Source: an uncultured delta proteobacterium (GTDB lineage Bacteria; Desulfobacterota; RBG-13-43-22). From it: a DNA stretch of 64,000 bases. Below are positions 1 through 11,157 of the stretch, piece by piece. The position numbers were made by a program, and so were the translations under genes. The stretch covers positions 1 to 64,000 of the forward strand of contig CAWJJC010000011.1 of NCBI GenBank assembly GCA_963843145.1, read 5' to 3'. The notes beneath the pieces were generated by a model. That model worked only from the letters and a program-made list of their open reading frames with translations, searched no databases and was not told where the DNA came from. Positions within the stretch are counted from its first letter, which is position 1. Each line of letters begins with the position of its first letter.

Positions 1-33
1 GAAGGATTGAGGGCGAAAGGGGGAAATTTTGAA

Positions 34-215
34 ATGAGGAGACCGCCGGCTAATCTGGCACGCTATTCCGAACTCCTGGCAGATATCAAAAAGCGCATAA
101 GGAATATCCAGGCCTTCATTCAATTTGGCAACCGCCCGTTGCCAAATTGCCCGAAAAAGTCTCGTCCCATGAAATTGGGATAGAGTCCGTGACAGAATTG
201 TCTGAAACAGAGGCA
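34..215 (+). pseudogene. Internally deleted remnant of a DUF1016/YhcG-like (PD-(D/E)XK) protein
   Basis: ATG at 34 reads MRRPPANLARYSELLADIKKRIR, resembling the DUF1016 N-terminus; an offset frame just downstream reads IWQPPVAKLP, resembling the DUF1016 internal linker; no full ORF. Confidence 0.5.
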
Positions 216-300
216 ACGGGAATTCGCAGATTGAAGGCCTTGTCAAATCGGCTGGTCACTGGGTGAACGCACGGAACCAGTCTCAGTTATCCCAAGGGAA

Positions 301-1620
301 GTGGAAAAAGATGAAGGTCAGCCAATGAGGGAAAGCGAAGCCGTTGAATTAAAAAAGAGTTTGGCCGATCTGAAAGATGGGTTGATCTCTATCGCCGCTA
401 TCCTTAATAAGCACGGCGCCGGCGAACTGTGGTTTGGCGTAAAGAATACCGGCGTCGCGGTTGGTCTGGACGTGACCGAAAAGACCCTGCGCGATCTCTC
501 GCAAGCCATTGCCGCGCACATTGAGCCGAAAATATTCCCAAACATCACCTTGGAAACCCTGACGGGAAGAACCTGTGTCAAAGTAGCCTTCGCCGGAAAA
601 GAAAGGCCCTACTTTGCCTATGGCAGGGCTTACATGCGTGTGGCTGATGAGGATCGACATCTTACCGCCAAGGAACTGGAAAATCTGATCCTTGCCAGAA
701 ACCGCGAGGCAATTCGCTGGGATAACCAGCCCTGTAGAATCACCATCAAAGATCTCAACGAAAGAAAGATTAAAGCCTTTGTGAAACGCGCCGGTCTGGT
801 TTGGGACAACACCTCCAATGCACTGGAAAAACTGGGGCTTATACAGGATGGACAATTGCTTCAGGCCGCCCCCCTCTTTTTCAGCAAAATCCCTCCCATG
901 CAACTTCGCTGTGCCGTTTTTGCCATCACCGACACCGCGACGATCATTGACCGACACGATTTTGATGGTGATATTCTGGATCTCATTGAAGAGGCTCAAA
1001 AATATATCCTGAAAAATATCCACATCGGCATGCGTCTGAAAGGACTGTATCGCGAAGATGTGCCGGAAATATCCGTTGAGGCCATGCGGGAGGCCATAAT
1101 CAATGCCTTCTGTCATCGCGACTATCGCGACCCGGACTATGTGCAGATCGCCATTTTCAAAAACCGTGTTGAAATTCGCAGTCCTGGTGGATTGTTTGAC
1201 GACATGACCATAGAGAAAATGCGTCAAGGCAATGTCTCCAAACGCCGCAACCCGCTTATTGCCGATTTACTTCGCCGTATTCAAATGGTGGAGGCCTGGG
1301 GCCGAGGAATGCCGCTTATTTTGAAAAACGAGCCGACCGCCCAGTTCCAGGAGATCGCCAAAATTTTTATCACCAGCTTTGATCGGCCTTCTTTTGCGGA
1401 AGAGGCGGAACGAGCTACCCAAGAAACTACCCAAGAAACTACCCAAGAAAAAATCCTTGTCTGTATCAAGGCAGATCCAGGTATTACCCGCAAGCAGATT
1501 GCGGCCAAGGTCGGTCTTACTGAAGACGGCATCAAATATCACCTAACCAAACTGACAAAATCCGGAGTCATCCGCCATATCGGTTCAACCAAGTCCGGGC
1601 GGTGGGAGGTGAAAGGATGA
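301..1620 (+). CDS. Schlafen/AlbA_2 DNA-binding + HATPase_c_4 + C-terminal HTH protein (RecG-like annotation; probable start ATG 325)
   Basis: ESEAVELKKS/GELWFGV AlbA_2 motifs, REAIINAFCHRDY and RNPLIA..EAWGRG motifs, HTH ending IGSTKSGRWEV. Confidence 0.85.
   Translation: MEKDEGQPMRESEAVELKKSLADLKDGLISIAAILNKHGAGELWFGVKNTGVAVGLDVTEKTLRDLSQAIAAHIEPKIFPNITLETLTGRTCVKVAFAGKERPYFAYGRAYMRVADEDRHLTAKELENLILARNREAIRWDNQPCRITIKDLNERKIKAFVKRAGLVWDNTSNALEKLGLIQDGQLLQAAPLFFSKIPPMQLRCAVFAITDTATIIDRHDFDGDILDLIEEAQKYILKNIHIGMRLKGLYREDVPEISVEAMREAIINAFCHRDYRDPDYVQIAIFKNRVEIRSPGGLFDDMTIEKMRQGNVSKRRNPLIADLLRRIQMVEAWGRGMPLILKNEPTAQFQEIAKIFITSFDRPSFAEEAERATQETTQETTQEKILVCIKADPGITRKQIAAKVGLTEDGIKYHLTKLTKSGVIRHIGSTKSGRWEVKG
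1415..1450 (+). repeat. 3 x 12-bp tandem repeat CTACCCAAGAAA (TQET linker repeat)
   Basis: Three perfect copies read directly in the sequence. Confidence 0.95.
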
Positions 1621-1822
1621 GGGGCGAACTCGTCTGGGCTATCGGCGACAACTTTACCGGGGAAGTTACTGGGGAAGTCACAGGGGTAGTCCCCATGGGG
1701 GTACAGAGACTCCTGACGATGACCATTCCCGGCAAACCCACAAGCAGAAACAGAAATACCGGCTCACCCCAAAAGGGCGCGACCTCATCGCGAAACTGGC
1801 GAAGGAGGAGGGGGACCGATGA
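1617..1822 (+). pseudogene. Remnant of a Fic/AlbA-associated C-terminal winged-helix region
   Basis: TGEV-TGEV-TGVV linker, then LLTMTIPGKPTSRN and, after a frameshift, KYRLTPKG, resembling the MTIPDKPRSRNQKYRLT motif. Confidence 0.6.
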
Positions 1823-3144
1823 AAAATAAGGCGAAACCCCTGTTGGATGCTTGGCCTACCAGAAAACTAAGAGATATCGCTGAGATTCGGATCAGCAATG
1901 TAGATCAAGAAGGTTTATGCAAGCGAAAAGTCCGTGAAGTTGTGTAACTATATGGATGTGTATGCAAACGAGTATGTTACCGATAGAATTCAGTTTATGG
2001 AGGGTTCTGCCAACCCAGCTGAAATTGAGCGGTTCGGGCTGAATAGCGGGGATGTAATAATCACCAAAGACTCTGAAACTCCGGATGATATTGGAATACC
2101 AGCGGTTGTTCTTGATCAGATCGCCAACTTAGTGTGCGGGTACCATCTGGCTCTTATCCGGCCGAACGCGGAGCAACTTGATTCCATCTATCTGGCAAAA
2201 CAGCTTTCCACATCGCGAATAGCGCGGTATTTTTCCCTACATGCCAGTGGTTCGACACGTTATGGCCTCCCGGTTTCTGCAATCGAGGCGGTAGAGATTC
2301 CGACGCCGCCCAAACATGAACAAACCAAAATCGCCGAGATCCTCTCGACGGTGGACCGGGCGATTGAACAGACTGAGGCCTTGATTGCCAAGCAGCAGCG
2401 CATCAAGACCGGCCTGATGCAGGACCTCCTCACCCGCGGCATCGACGAACACGGCAACCTCCGCTCCGAACAAACTCACCAATTCAAAGACTCCCCGCTG
2501 GGCAGGATTCCGGTGGAGTGGGAAATTGGCGAGATAGAAGCTGTTGCTGAGTTTGTGACAAGTGGCTCGCGTGGTTGGGCGCAGTATTACGGCTCTGAGG
2601 GGGCCATGTTTTTAAGGATTGGGAACTTGACAAGGGACCACATTAATCTCCGGCTCGAAGATATGGCATTCGTTAATCCGCCGAGGACGTCCGAGGGGAA
2701 ACGAACGTCTGTTTTGCCGGGTGATTTGCTTATTTCCATAACCGCTGACTTAGGCATCATAGGTGTGATCCCGGAGGGTTTCGGCGAAGGATATGTCAAT
2801 CAACACATCGCATTCAGTCCGTCCCTCGCCCACAAAAGGGAACGCAAGGTTTATCGGTTGGTTCCTGTCTGGTCGTGGGGGCCAATCCCAGTTCGAGAAA
2901 CTCAATGAATCAGGCGCCAAGGCCGGGCTAAACCTTCCTACAGATAAGGAAGCTATTCGTTCCAAAAACAAAGGCAAACGAAGAAGCGAGAATAGCGGAG
3001 ATTCTCGATACAAATAGTAATAGGGTGAATGATCTTTATTTAAGGCTTGGAAAACTTCGTTCCCTCAAAACCGCGCTTATGCAAGACCTGCTCTCGGGCA
3101 AAAAGCGCGTCACTACTCTGCTGAATGGCAAGGAGGTTACATAA
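1819..3144 (+). CDS. hsdS: Type I R-M specificity subunit HsdS, frameshifted near 1905, 2815 and 2945-2980
   Basis: Two TRDs separated by PPKHEQTKIAEILSTVDRAIEQTEALIAKQQRIKTGLMQDLLTRG and FKDSPLGRIPVEW; terminal KLRSLKTALMQDLLSGKKRV ends at TAA 3144. Confidence 0.9.
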
Positions 3145-3258
3145 TTATGATAAGGAGTAAGGCGTCAGCAGGCTCGATGATTATATCAATGCTCAGGTTC
3201 CCCTCTTCGAATGTCGGGGAATCGGTGATGCCCATGAAACCAAGGAGGATATAATCCC

Positions 3259-4435
3259 ATGGTGACTTCGCACAACGATAGTCTTAAGCAGCTCGATGAT
3301 TTGCTCGCCGCTAGCAATCAATCGTGGCTATTCGGCGCCGGCATCAGCCTGGATGCCGGCATCCCCTTGATGGGACCTCTGACTTCTCGGGTTTTCGCAA
3401 AAGTAGATCAAGATGCTGAAGACCAGACAAAAAAAGTCCTCGAAGCGATAAGGGCGGAACTGCCGGATAGCTCGCATATAGAACACATTCTAAGTCACCT
3501 TGGAGATTACGCCACAATAGCAGAACGTTCCAAGGAAAAGAAAGTAATGATCGGCGCCATTACCATGGATACCAAGGCGTTTGGGCGCATTACATTCCAA
3601 GATTCTGACATGGATTGCAGAGATAATCCGCTGGGGTTACAGACCAGCGTGCGGAGATGAACCTGAACAGATTGGAACTCCTGATATACCTATAGTCAAA
3701 ATTGACGGGCATAGAGCTTTTGTATCGGCACTCTTCAATCGAAACCAAGCTGGCGTGGCCGAACGGAGGCGAGCAGTCGGGCTTTTTACGATTAACTACG
3801 ATACGCTATTAGAAGATGCACTGTCTCTATGCTGTTTGTCGTATTGGGATGGTTTCTCAGGTGGCGCCGTAGCCTATCGCAGTTACCGTTACGGCGAGAA
3901 AGAGCCGGAATCAGGATATCGTGCGCGCGTGATAAAGCTCCATGGTTCAATTGATTGGCATCTTGGGGACGATGAGCGCGTATGGCGCGTAAGGGAAGGT
4001 GACCTGTATCCGAATAAAACATCGAGGGTACTCATATATCCTCAAGCCACAAAGTATCTGGCGACACAGAGAGATCCCTTTGCAGCTCAGTTTGATATAT
4101 TCCGTCGAACCTTAGGTGGAGATGCGGAAAACGTCCTCGCAATTTGCGGTTACAGCTTCGGAGATGACCATATCAATGAAGAGGTTGAGTTAGCGTTACA
4201 GAGACCTGAAAACAAAACGACAATCCTGGCATTTGCTGAAACTCTCAACACGACCCTCATGAAGTGGAGGACCTTGCCGTGGTCTAAGCGTCTTTATGCC
4301 ATCACCGGTGATGGACTATTTGTCGGTGATGAGGGGCCTTTCTTTTGCTCATCTGATGGCAATGATCGGGAATGGTGGAAATTTGAAGAGGTGACGAAGA
4401 TTCTAAACAGCGGACCGGAGGCATGCGCTATATGA
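3259..4435 (+). CDS. SIR2-like (SIR2_2) NADase, frameshift near 3575
   Basis: WLFGAGISLDAGIP, FTINYD, KLHGS and CGYSFGDDHIN sirtuin motifs spread across ORFs 3259-3660 and 3581-4435. Confidence 0.9.
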
Positions 4436-6288
4436 ATGCTTTTGACTTGGTTAACGAACTGAAGATCGGACACATTGTGGAGGTATCTGGGACCACCATT
4501 CGTGTTGAACTTGCGGGAGATGTGACGGAGTTGACCCGAACCTACGAGGGCCGTGTATATCCGATCGGTCAGATCGGAAGCATTGTGAAAGTTCATTTTG
4601 GACGCCATCTGGTATTCGGATTTGTAACCCTTTTACGTATGCGTTCAGAAGAATTTCTAGAAGCGGCAAAGCCAATAGCTCCGGACGCGGATCAGAGGGT
4701 CATGGAAGTCGAGCTTTTTGCTGAAGGTGTCTGGAATGCAGCCGAGGGAAAACTACGGTTCGTTCGCGGCGTCACCACCTATCCACTTCCCCGCCAAGGC
4801 GTTTTCCTACTTACGAGGCAAGAGACGGTAAGTCTTTATAATGCAGCCGAGGGCCAGCAAGGGAGCGAAGAATACAACCCGCTGGTGCCCTTTGCACATT
4901 ATGTTGGAGCGGACAATGCACTCTGCCGGGCTAACATTGACAAGATGTTTGGCATGCATTCCGCAATTCTGGGATCTACCGGTTCCGGGAAGTCGGGGGC
5001 CGTGGCAGCGATTCTTCATAGCATTCTTGACCATAAGGCTGACGGTGACAAGACGTGCAAACCGAAGATCGTGGTTATCGATCCTCATGGGGAATATGGG
5101 CGTGCCTTTAGAGAACGAGCGGTTGTTTTCCGCGCCTACGACCCTATTGGTACCGAAGAAACCTCGGGAACACCTATCAAGCTCCCCTATTGGCTGATGT
5201 CAGCCGATGAATTTCGCCGTCTTGTTATTGGGAAAACGGAAGAGGAGGCAACTTCTCAGAACAATATAGTCTATAAAGCCTTAACCTATGCTCGGATGGT
5301 TGCCGCTGGCCTGGTCGACTCGTCTCCAATAAGTCATGGAGGACCAGCACCGACAGACGGATTGCCTCATGATGCGCCTCGTCCCAAGAAAAGTATCGCG
5401 CAAGAAGAGATTACAGGCTTCGATAGGGACAAACCGCGCCCGTTTTCACTTGACGAGTTCTACAATCATATCTTCTACCTTCAAGCAGCACGTGAACAAA
5501 AGGAGAAAACTTGAACCGGTCACACCCACGGACTTTGCCAAGTCTTTTAGGTCGATACTGGACAAATTGGCTGTTACTTCGGCGAGATCCTCGAATTCGA
5601 TTCCTGATGACAGAGTGGTCGAAGGATAGCAGCCCTACGCTTGGTCAGATCGTTGGCCAACTGGTAGGTGCTTGGAGCGCCGAGAACGGATTGTCACTGG
5701 ACATAAGGATCATTGACATCTCGGGTCTACCAAATGAGGTGGCGGGACCTCTGGCTGCAATGCTCGCGAGGCTGCTTTTCCAGTATAAGCTGTATCAGAA
5801 CACAACTGAACGTGAACGAGACCCCGTTCTTTTGGTATGCGAAGAGGCACACCGGTACGTGCCTGACCGTGGTGAGGCTGAGTATGCTGCTGCACAATCT
5901 GCAATAAGAAGGGTTGCTCGTCGAGGGGCGTAAATATGGCATCGGGCTCATGCTGGTAAGTCAACGTCCTGCCGATATAGAGGGTACGGTCATTTCACAG
6001 TGCGGTACGTGGCTCGTATTGAGGCTCACTAATTCGGCAGACCAACAGCACGTGGCTAGATTCCTTCCTGACGGCCTGTCAGGAATGACCAAAGCGCTTC
6101 CTAACCTGGCTCAACAGGAAGCGATCTTCGTAGGTGAAGGGGCTGCTTTACCTGCTAGAGTTCGAATTTTCGATTTGGCAAGTGACCAACTTCCGAAATC
6201 CGAGACAGCGAAATTTGCTCGTGGGTGGTCCAAAGAATGCCTATCGGAAAAAGAAATTGACATTGTTGCCCAACGAATGAGCACCTGA
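4432..6288 (+). CDS. herA: HerA/DUF87 FtsK-HerA family ATPase, frameshifted near 5505, 5575 and 5925
   Basis: N-terminal HAS barrel (GQIGSIVK), Walker A GSTGSGKS, DPHGEY, Walker B VCEEAH, EGRKYG, SQRP. Confidence 0.9.
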
Positions 6289-6291
6289 GAC

Positions 6292-6405
6292 ATGAAGATG
6301 GATGACAAGGTTCCTCAGCATCTTAAGATCGACGAACGTAAACACGTGGAGAAGCCTCTCCTCGATCAGCTTCATGGTTTAAAAGTTGAGACGAACGATG
6401 AGTGA
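6292..6405 (+). pseudogene. Stray 5' fragment of a second, divergent hsdR allele
   Basis: Reads MKMDDKVPQHLKIDERKHVEKPLLDQLHGL versus MNPTNTPQYLKLDERNHVEKPFLDQLAGL at the start of hsdR (7971). Confidence 0.85.
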
Positions 6406-6725
6406 CCGATACGCGCCGCCTTATCGCATGACCCCTGGCATTCTGCATAGCATCGAACAGATCGGGGAGGCCCTGGGCAATCTCCGGGCGCATTCGGTCA
6501 GCGCCAATGTTCCCATCTTGCGGCGTGGCAACCGCATCAAAACCATTCAGGCCTCCTTGGCCATTGAAGGCAACACGCTGAGCCTGGAGCAGGTCACAGC
6601 GGTAATTGCCGGCAAAAGGGTGCTGGCGCCGCCCCGTGAAATACAAGAGGTCCGCAACGCCTTTGGCGCTGAAGAGTCAACCCTCCTGAGCGACCAAGAA
6701 AGCGACTATCAAAGCGACCATGTCT
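6398..6725 (+). pseudogene. Fic family protein with internal deletion (catalytic motif missing)
   Basis: YAPPY..LRRGNRIKTIQASLAIEGNTLSLEQV..EIQEVRNA N-terminus joined directly to an SDQE/SDYQ/SDHV linker; no HPFxDGNGR. Confidence 0.8.
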
Positions 6726-6959
6726 GGGAATATCTTGCCTTGTCATTAAAATGTTATAGTTTATGTGACATAGATAGGCTGTATAGAATATGAACGACCA
6801 TCAAAATATAACAAGAAGCCAATTGGGGAAGATGGAGGCCGGATTTCTTGCCAAGGCAGGGGCTCACCCCACCTTCAGCCTTGTCTTTGCTCGCCAGGTC
6901 TTGGGGCATACAAAGGACGGCCCGACGTCTCAGCATCGCGTGGCGGAACACAAGCAACA

Positions 6960-7382
6960 GGGCAGGCACGGGGGCCTGCCCCTACGGGGACGTTTTGATA
7001 TGGCATACAATCCCGGTATCCACCACCGGCGATCCATTCGATTGTCGGAATATGATTATTCCCGTGCCGGGGCGTGTTTCATCACCATTTGCACGCAAAA
7101 CCGGGAATGCCTATTCGGGAATATCATCGTAGGGGCAACCCCCTGTGGTTGCCCTGGTCTGGGCGGTAAATCATTCGGGCAGGAAAACGGGTAGGCACGG
7201 GGGCCTGCCCCTACGGGAACGTTTTGATATGGCATACAATCCCGATATCCACCACCGTCGATCCATCCGATTGCAGGGGTATGATTATTCCATTGCCGGG
7301 GCATATTTCCTCACCATTTGCACGCAAAACCGGGAATGCCTATTCGGGAATATCATCGTAGGGGCAACCCCCGTGGTTGCCC
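6960..7382 (+). repeat. Imperfect tandem duplication (period about 229 bp) of a REP plus the RAYT 5' end
   Basis: 6960-7155 matches 7189-7382; both read MAYNPxIHHRRSIRL..YDYS..GA.F.TICTQNRECLFGNIIVGATP. Confidence 0.9.
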
Positions 7383-7667
7383 GATTTCACCCCCCCGTGC
7401 CTGCCCTGAAATGGTATTGAACCAGGCGGGCGCCATGATTCAAACCGTTTGGGACGAAATTCCAATCCATTACACCGGAACAGAAATTGATGAATTCGTT
7501 GTTATGCCCAACCATATCCACGGTATCATTGTCATCGTAGGGGCAACCCCCTGTGGTTGCCCTGACCCCGGCGTCGGTACATCCGGGCAGAACAACGGGC
7601 AGGCACAGGGGCCTGGAAACAACGGGCGGGCACAGGAAAACGGGCAACCACGGGGGGTTGCCCCTAC
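6960..7667. repeat. Cluster of GTAG-type REP hairpins (+ 7129, 7358, 7537; - 6960, 7189, 7642)
   Basis: GTAG-GGGCAACC-N5/6-GGTTGCCC and inverted GGGCAGGC..GCCTGCCCCTAC / GGGCAACC..GGTTGCCCCTAC. Confidence 0.9.
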
Positions 7668-7974
7668 GGGGAATACGGGAACGTTGTCGTTGGGTGATAT
7701 TGTGCATCGATTCAAAACCATGACCACCAAACGATATGCCGATGGGGTGAAACAATTGGGTTGGCAATCATTTGCCGGTAAATTATGGCAACGCAATTAT
7801 TGGGAACATATTATTCAAAATGAAATGGAATTGAACCGGATTCGGGAATACATCCATGACAATCCCAGCCAATGGGAATCGGATCGCCTGAATCTGCATA
7901 ACGACCGATCTGTATATCCATCCATGGTTCGCGACCCCGTCGTCACCTATGCCGCAGAAGGATGGATGGTATGA
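7229..7974 (+). mobile_element. REP-associated tyrosine transposase (RAYT, Y1/HUH), frameshift near 7375-7400
   Basis: HHRRSIRL-GYDYS N-terminus, HUH motif VMPNHIHGI, WQRNYWEHII, catalytic Tyr in YIHDNP..W. Confidence 0.9.
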
Positions 7975-10900
7975 ACCCAACCAATACACCCCAGTACCTC
8001 AAACTCGACGAACGCAACCACGTTGAGAAGCCGTTCCTTGACCAACTGGCTGGGCTGGGCTGGGAGATTATCGACCTCGACAGTAAACAGCACCCGAGTG
8101 ACAGCTTCCGCCAGAGCTTTACCGAGGTGGTGATGCTGCCGGTTCTGCGGGAGCAGCTCAAAGTTATTAACGATTGGATGGAAGACGATCAGGTGGAGGA
8201 GGTGGTCAAACAACTCACTGCCAGTTTTCCTGGAACGGGTTTGATTCAAAACAACCACCACGTCTTTACTCTGCTGACGGGAGACACCAGCGTCAGCGAG
8301 AACCGCCGGACCGGCGAGAAAAGCCCGACAGTTCGTTTTGTGGACTTTACCCACAGGGATAACAACCGCTTTATCGCCGTCTGCCAGCCCAAGATACGTA
8401 TCCTGGGCACCGAACACCATATCGTTCCGGACATCGTCCTGTTTTTAAACGGCCTGCCGGTGGTGGTCATCGAATGCAAATCGCCCAAGGTCAAAGAGGC
8501 AATCCCCGAAGCCATTGACCAGTTGCTCCGCTATAGCGAACAACGCGGAGCCAAAGGCGAAGGCAGCGCGCCGCTCTTTTATTACAACCAGATCGTCATC
8601 GCCACCTGCCGCCAAGAGGCCAAGTTCGGCACTATCACCACCCACAGCGAGAAGTATTTCTACCGCTGGGCCGATCCCTATCCCCGCAGCGGTGGACGAT
8701 CTGGATCACGGTGAGAGCGGTCCCAATGACCAGCAGCGCCTGGTGGCCGGGATGCTCGACCGTGACAATCTCCTGGACCTGATCCGCACCTTCACGCTCT
8801 TTTCAACCAACGACAAGGGCGAGACCATCAAGATCGTGGGACGTTACCAGCAGTTCCGCGCCGTCAAGCTGGCCGTTAAGCGCCTACTGGCCGGCCAAAG
8901 CCCCCGCGAGCGCAGCGGCATCATCTGGCACACCCAAGGCTCGGGCAAGTCGTTGACCATGATGTTCATGGTTCGTGAGATGTATCGCCATGCCCAGCTC
9001 TCGAACTGGAAGGTGGTCTTTGTGACCGACCGCACCCAATTGGAAGGCCAGCTTTCCGAGACCAGCCAGAGCATCGGCTTTACGGTCAAGGTGGCCGACA
9101 GCATCAAAAAGCTCAAAGAACTGCTGCGCTCGGACTCCTCGGATCTGGTTATGGCCATGATCCATAAGTTCCGTGAAGCCGATCTGACCGAGACCTTCCC
9201 GGAGTTGAATACCAGCCCGTGCATTCTGGTGATGACCGACGAGGCCCATCGCTCCCAATATGCCCTGCTGGGGGCCAACCTTGACAAAGGCCTCCCCAAC
9301 GCGGCCCGGATCGGCTACACCGGCACGCCCATCGACAAGACCGAGAGGGTCTTCGGCGACTATATCGACAAATATACCATGCGCCAGTCCATCGATGACG
9401 GCGTAACGCTGGAGATCGTTTACGAAGGGCGCACCCACAATGCCGAAGTGACCGATCAGACCGGCCTGGACACGGCTTTTGCCGATGTCTTCAGCGACTA
9501 TAACCTCCAGCAGCGCCTGGAGATTCTGGGTTACGGTTCCCGTGACGCCTACCTGGAGGCCCGTCCAACCATCGCGGCCAAGGCCAAAGACATGGTGGCC
9601 CACTACCTGACCCATGTCTTCCCCAATGGCTACAAGGCGCAAGTGGTGGCTACTTCCCGCGAAGCGGCGGTCCGTTACAAGAAACACCTCGACGATGCTT
9701 TGGCCGCGGCTATCACCGAGTTGGAACAGGCCAATCCGAGGAGGCTCGACCTTGACCGACTCAAGGAAATGACGACGGACGTTATCATCTCCGGCAGTCA
9801 CAATGACCTGCCGCACCTCAAGCTCTATTCGGACTCAGCCAGACACGAAGCCAGTATCAAGAGCTTCAAGCTGGCCTTTGGAAATGAGGAAGAGGGCATC
9901 ACCGGCAACATGGGAATCCTGATCGTCAACAACATGCTGATTACCGGCTTTGATGCGCCGGTGGAGCAGGTTATGTATCTGGATAAGGTGATCGTGGCCC
10001 ACAATCTCCTTCAAGCCATTGCCCGGGTGAACCGGGTGGGCGGCGAGTCCAAGGACAAAGGTTTTGTGGTCGATTATGTGGGAATCGGCCACCACCTGAA
10101 AAAGGCCATTGACGCCTACGATGAGCGCGAACAAAAGGAAGTGCTGGACAGCTTGAGCTTCCCCGAGGAGGAATTGCGGGAACTGAGGGCCAGCCATGCC
10201 GCCGTCATGGACCTGCTAAAAAAGCATGGATTGACGGACCTGACCGATCACGATGCCTTTTTCGATTTGTTCTATGACGAAGACCTGCGCTTTGATTACC
10301 TAATGGCCTTCAAACAACTGACCAAGTGCCTGAACCTGGTCTTTCCCGCCCGACAGGCCCTGGAATATATGGCCGACTACCAGGCCCTGACCGAGATCAA
10401 TGTGCTGGCCGGGAAACACCTCCGCGACGAACGCCTGAGCATGAAAGGGATCCCGCCCAAGCTGCGTGGAATCACCGACGCTTACTTGGAATCCAAGGGG
10501 ATTGCAGTGAAGATCGAGCCGATCTCCATCCTCGATGAGGACTTTCAGAAACAGGTGGGCAAACGAGGACGAACCAAGACCAAAGCCGCCGAGGTGGAAC
10601 ATGCCATTCGCCACCACCTCGATGTTGAACTGGACGACGATCCCGACCTGCAAGCCTCCTTTGCCCAAGCCTTAGCCAAGATTTTTGAAGAGTTCCGCGA
10701 CAACTGGAACAGGATTTACCTGGAACTGGAGAAGCTGCGGACCCGCATCATCAATGCCGGGAAAGAGCCAACCTATGGGCTGCACCGCAAGAAACAGATG
10801 CCGTTGTTCCGAATGTTTGCCCGGGAGATATTCGGGGCAGATAAGACAGCCACGGCTTCCGGACCTTTTGTTTTCGCAGATGCGCAGATGCCTTATGGGC

Positions 10901-11157
10901 AGGACAAAGAGGACCGAATCAGCCAACTGGTTGATCTAACGCAAAAAGCCTTTCTGGCCGTCGAGCGGGAGTTGAGGCTCACCGGGTTCTGGGAAAGCAT
11001 TCCCGCCCGAAATAAATTGAAAGCCGACCTTCAGAAAATTCTGCTGGCCTCGGAATTCAAAAAACTACCAGGGCTTGTAGCTAACCGGGCTCAGATTATC
11101 AGCCGGATCATGGAGATCGCTGAGAAAAATAACGATATCATTCTCTACGCGGCTTGA
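7971..11157 (+). CDS. hsdR: Type I R-M restriction subunit HsdR, one frameshift near 8690
   Basis: PDIVLFLNGLPVVVIECK nuclease motif, HTQGSGKS Walker A, TDEAHR, TGTP, MLITGFDAP, QAIARVNR. Confidence 0.95.

Noticed and set aside
1819-3144. Phase-variable hsdS shufflon
   Set aside because: Only one hsdS is visible, with no inverted silent copies or recombinase in the window; sequence upstream of position 1 cannot be assessed
6960-7667. Repeated ~26-bp palindromes as a CRISPR array
   Set aside because: Copies alternate in orientation, spacing is irregular, they carry the GTAG REP tail, lie in and around a RAYT gene, and no cas genes are present
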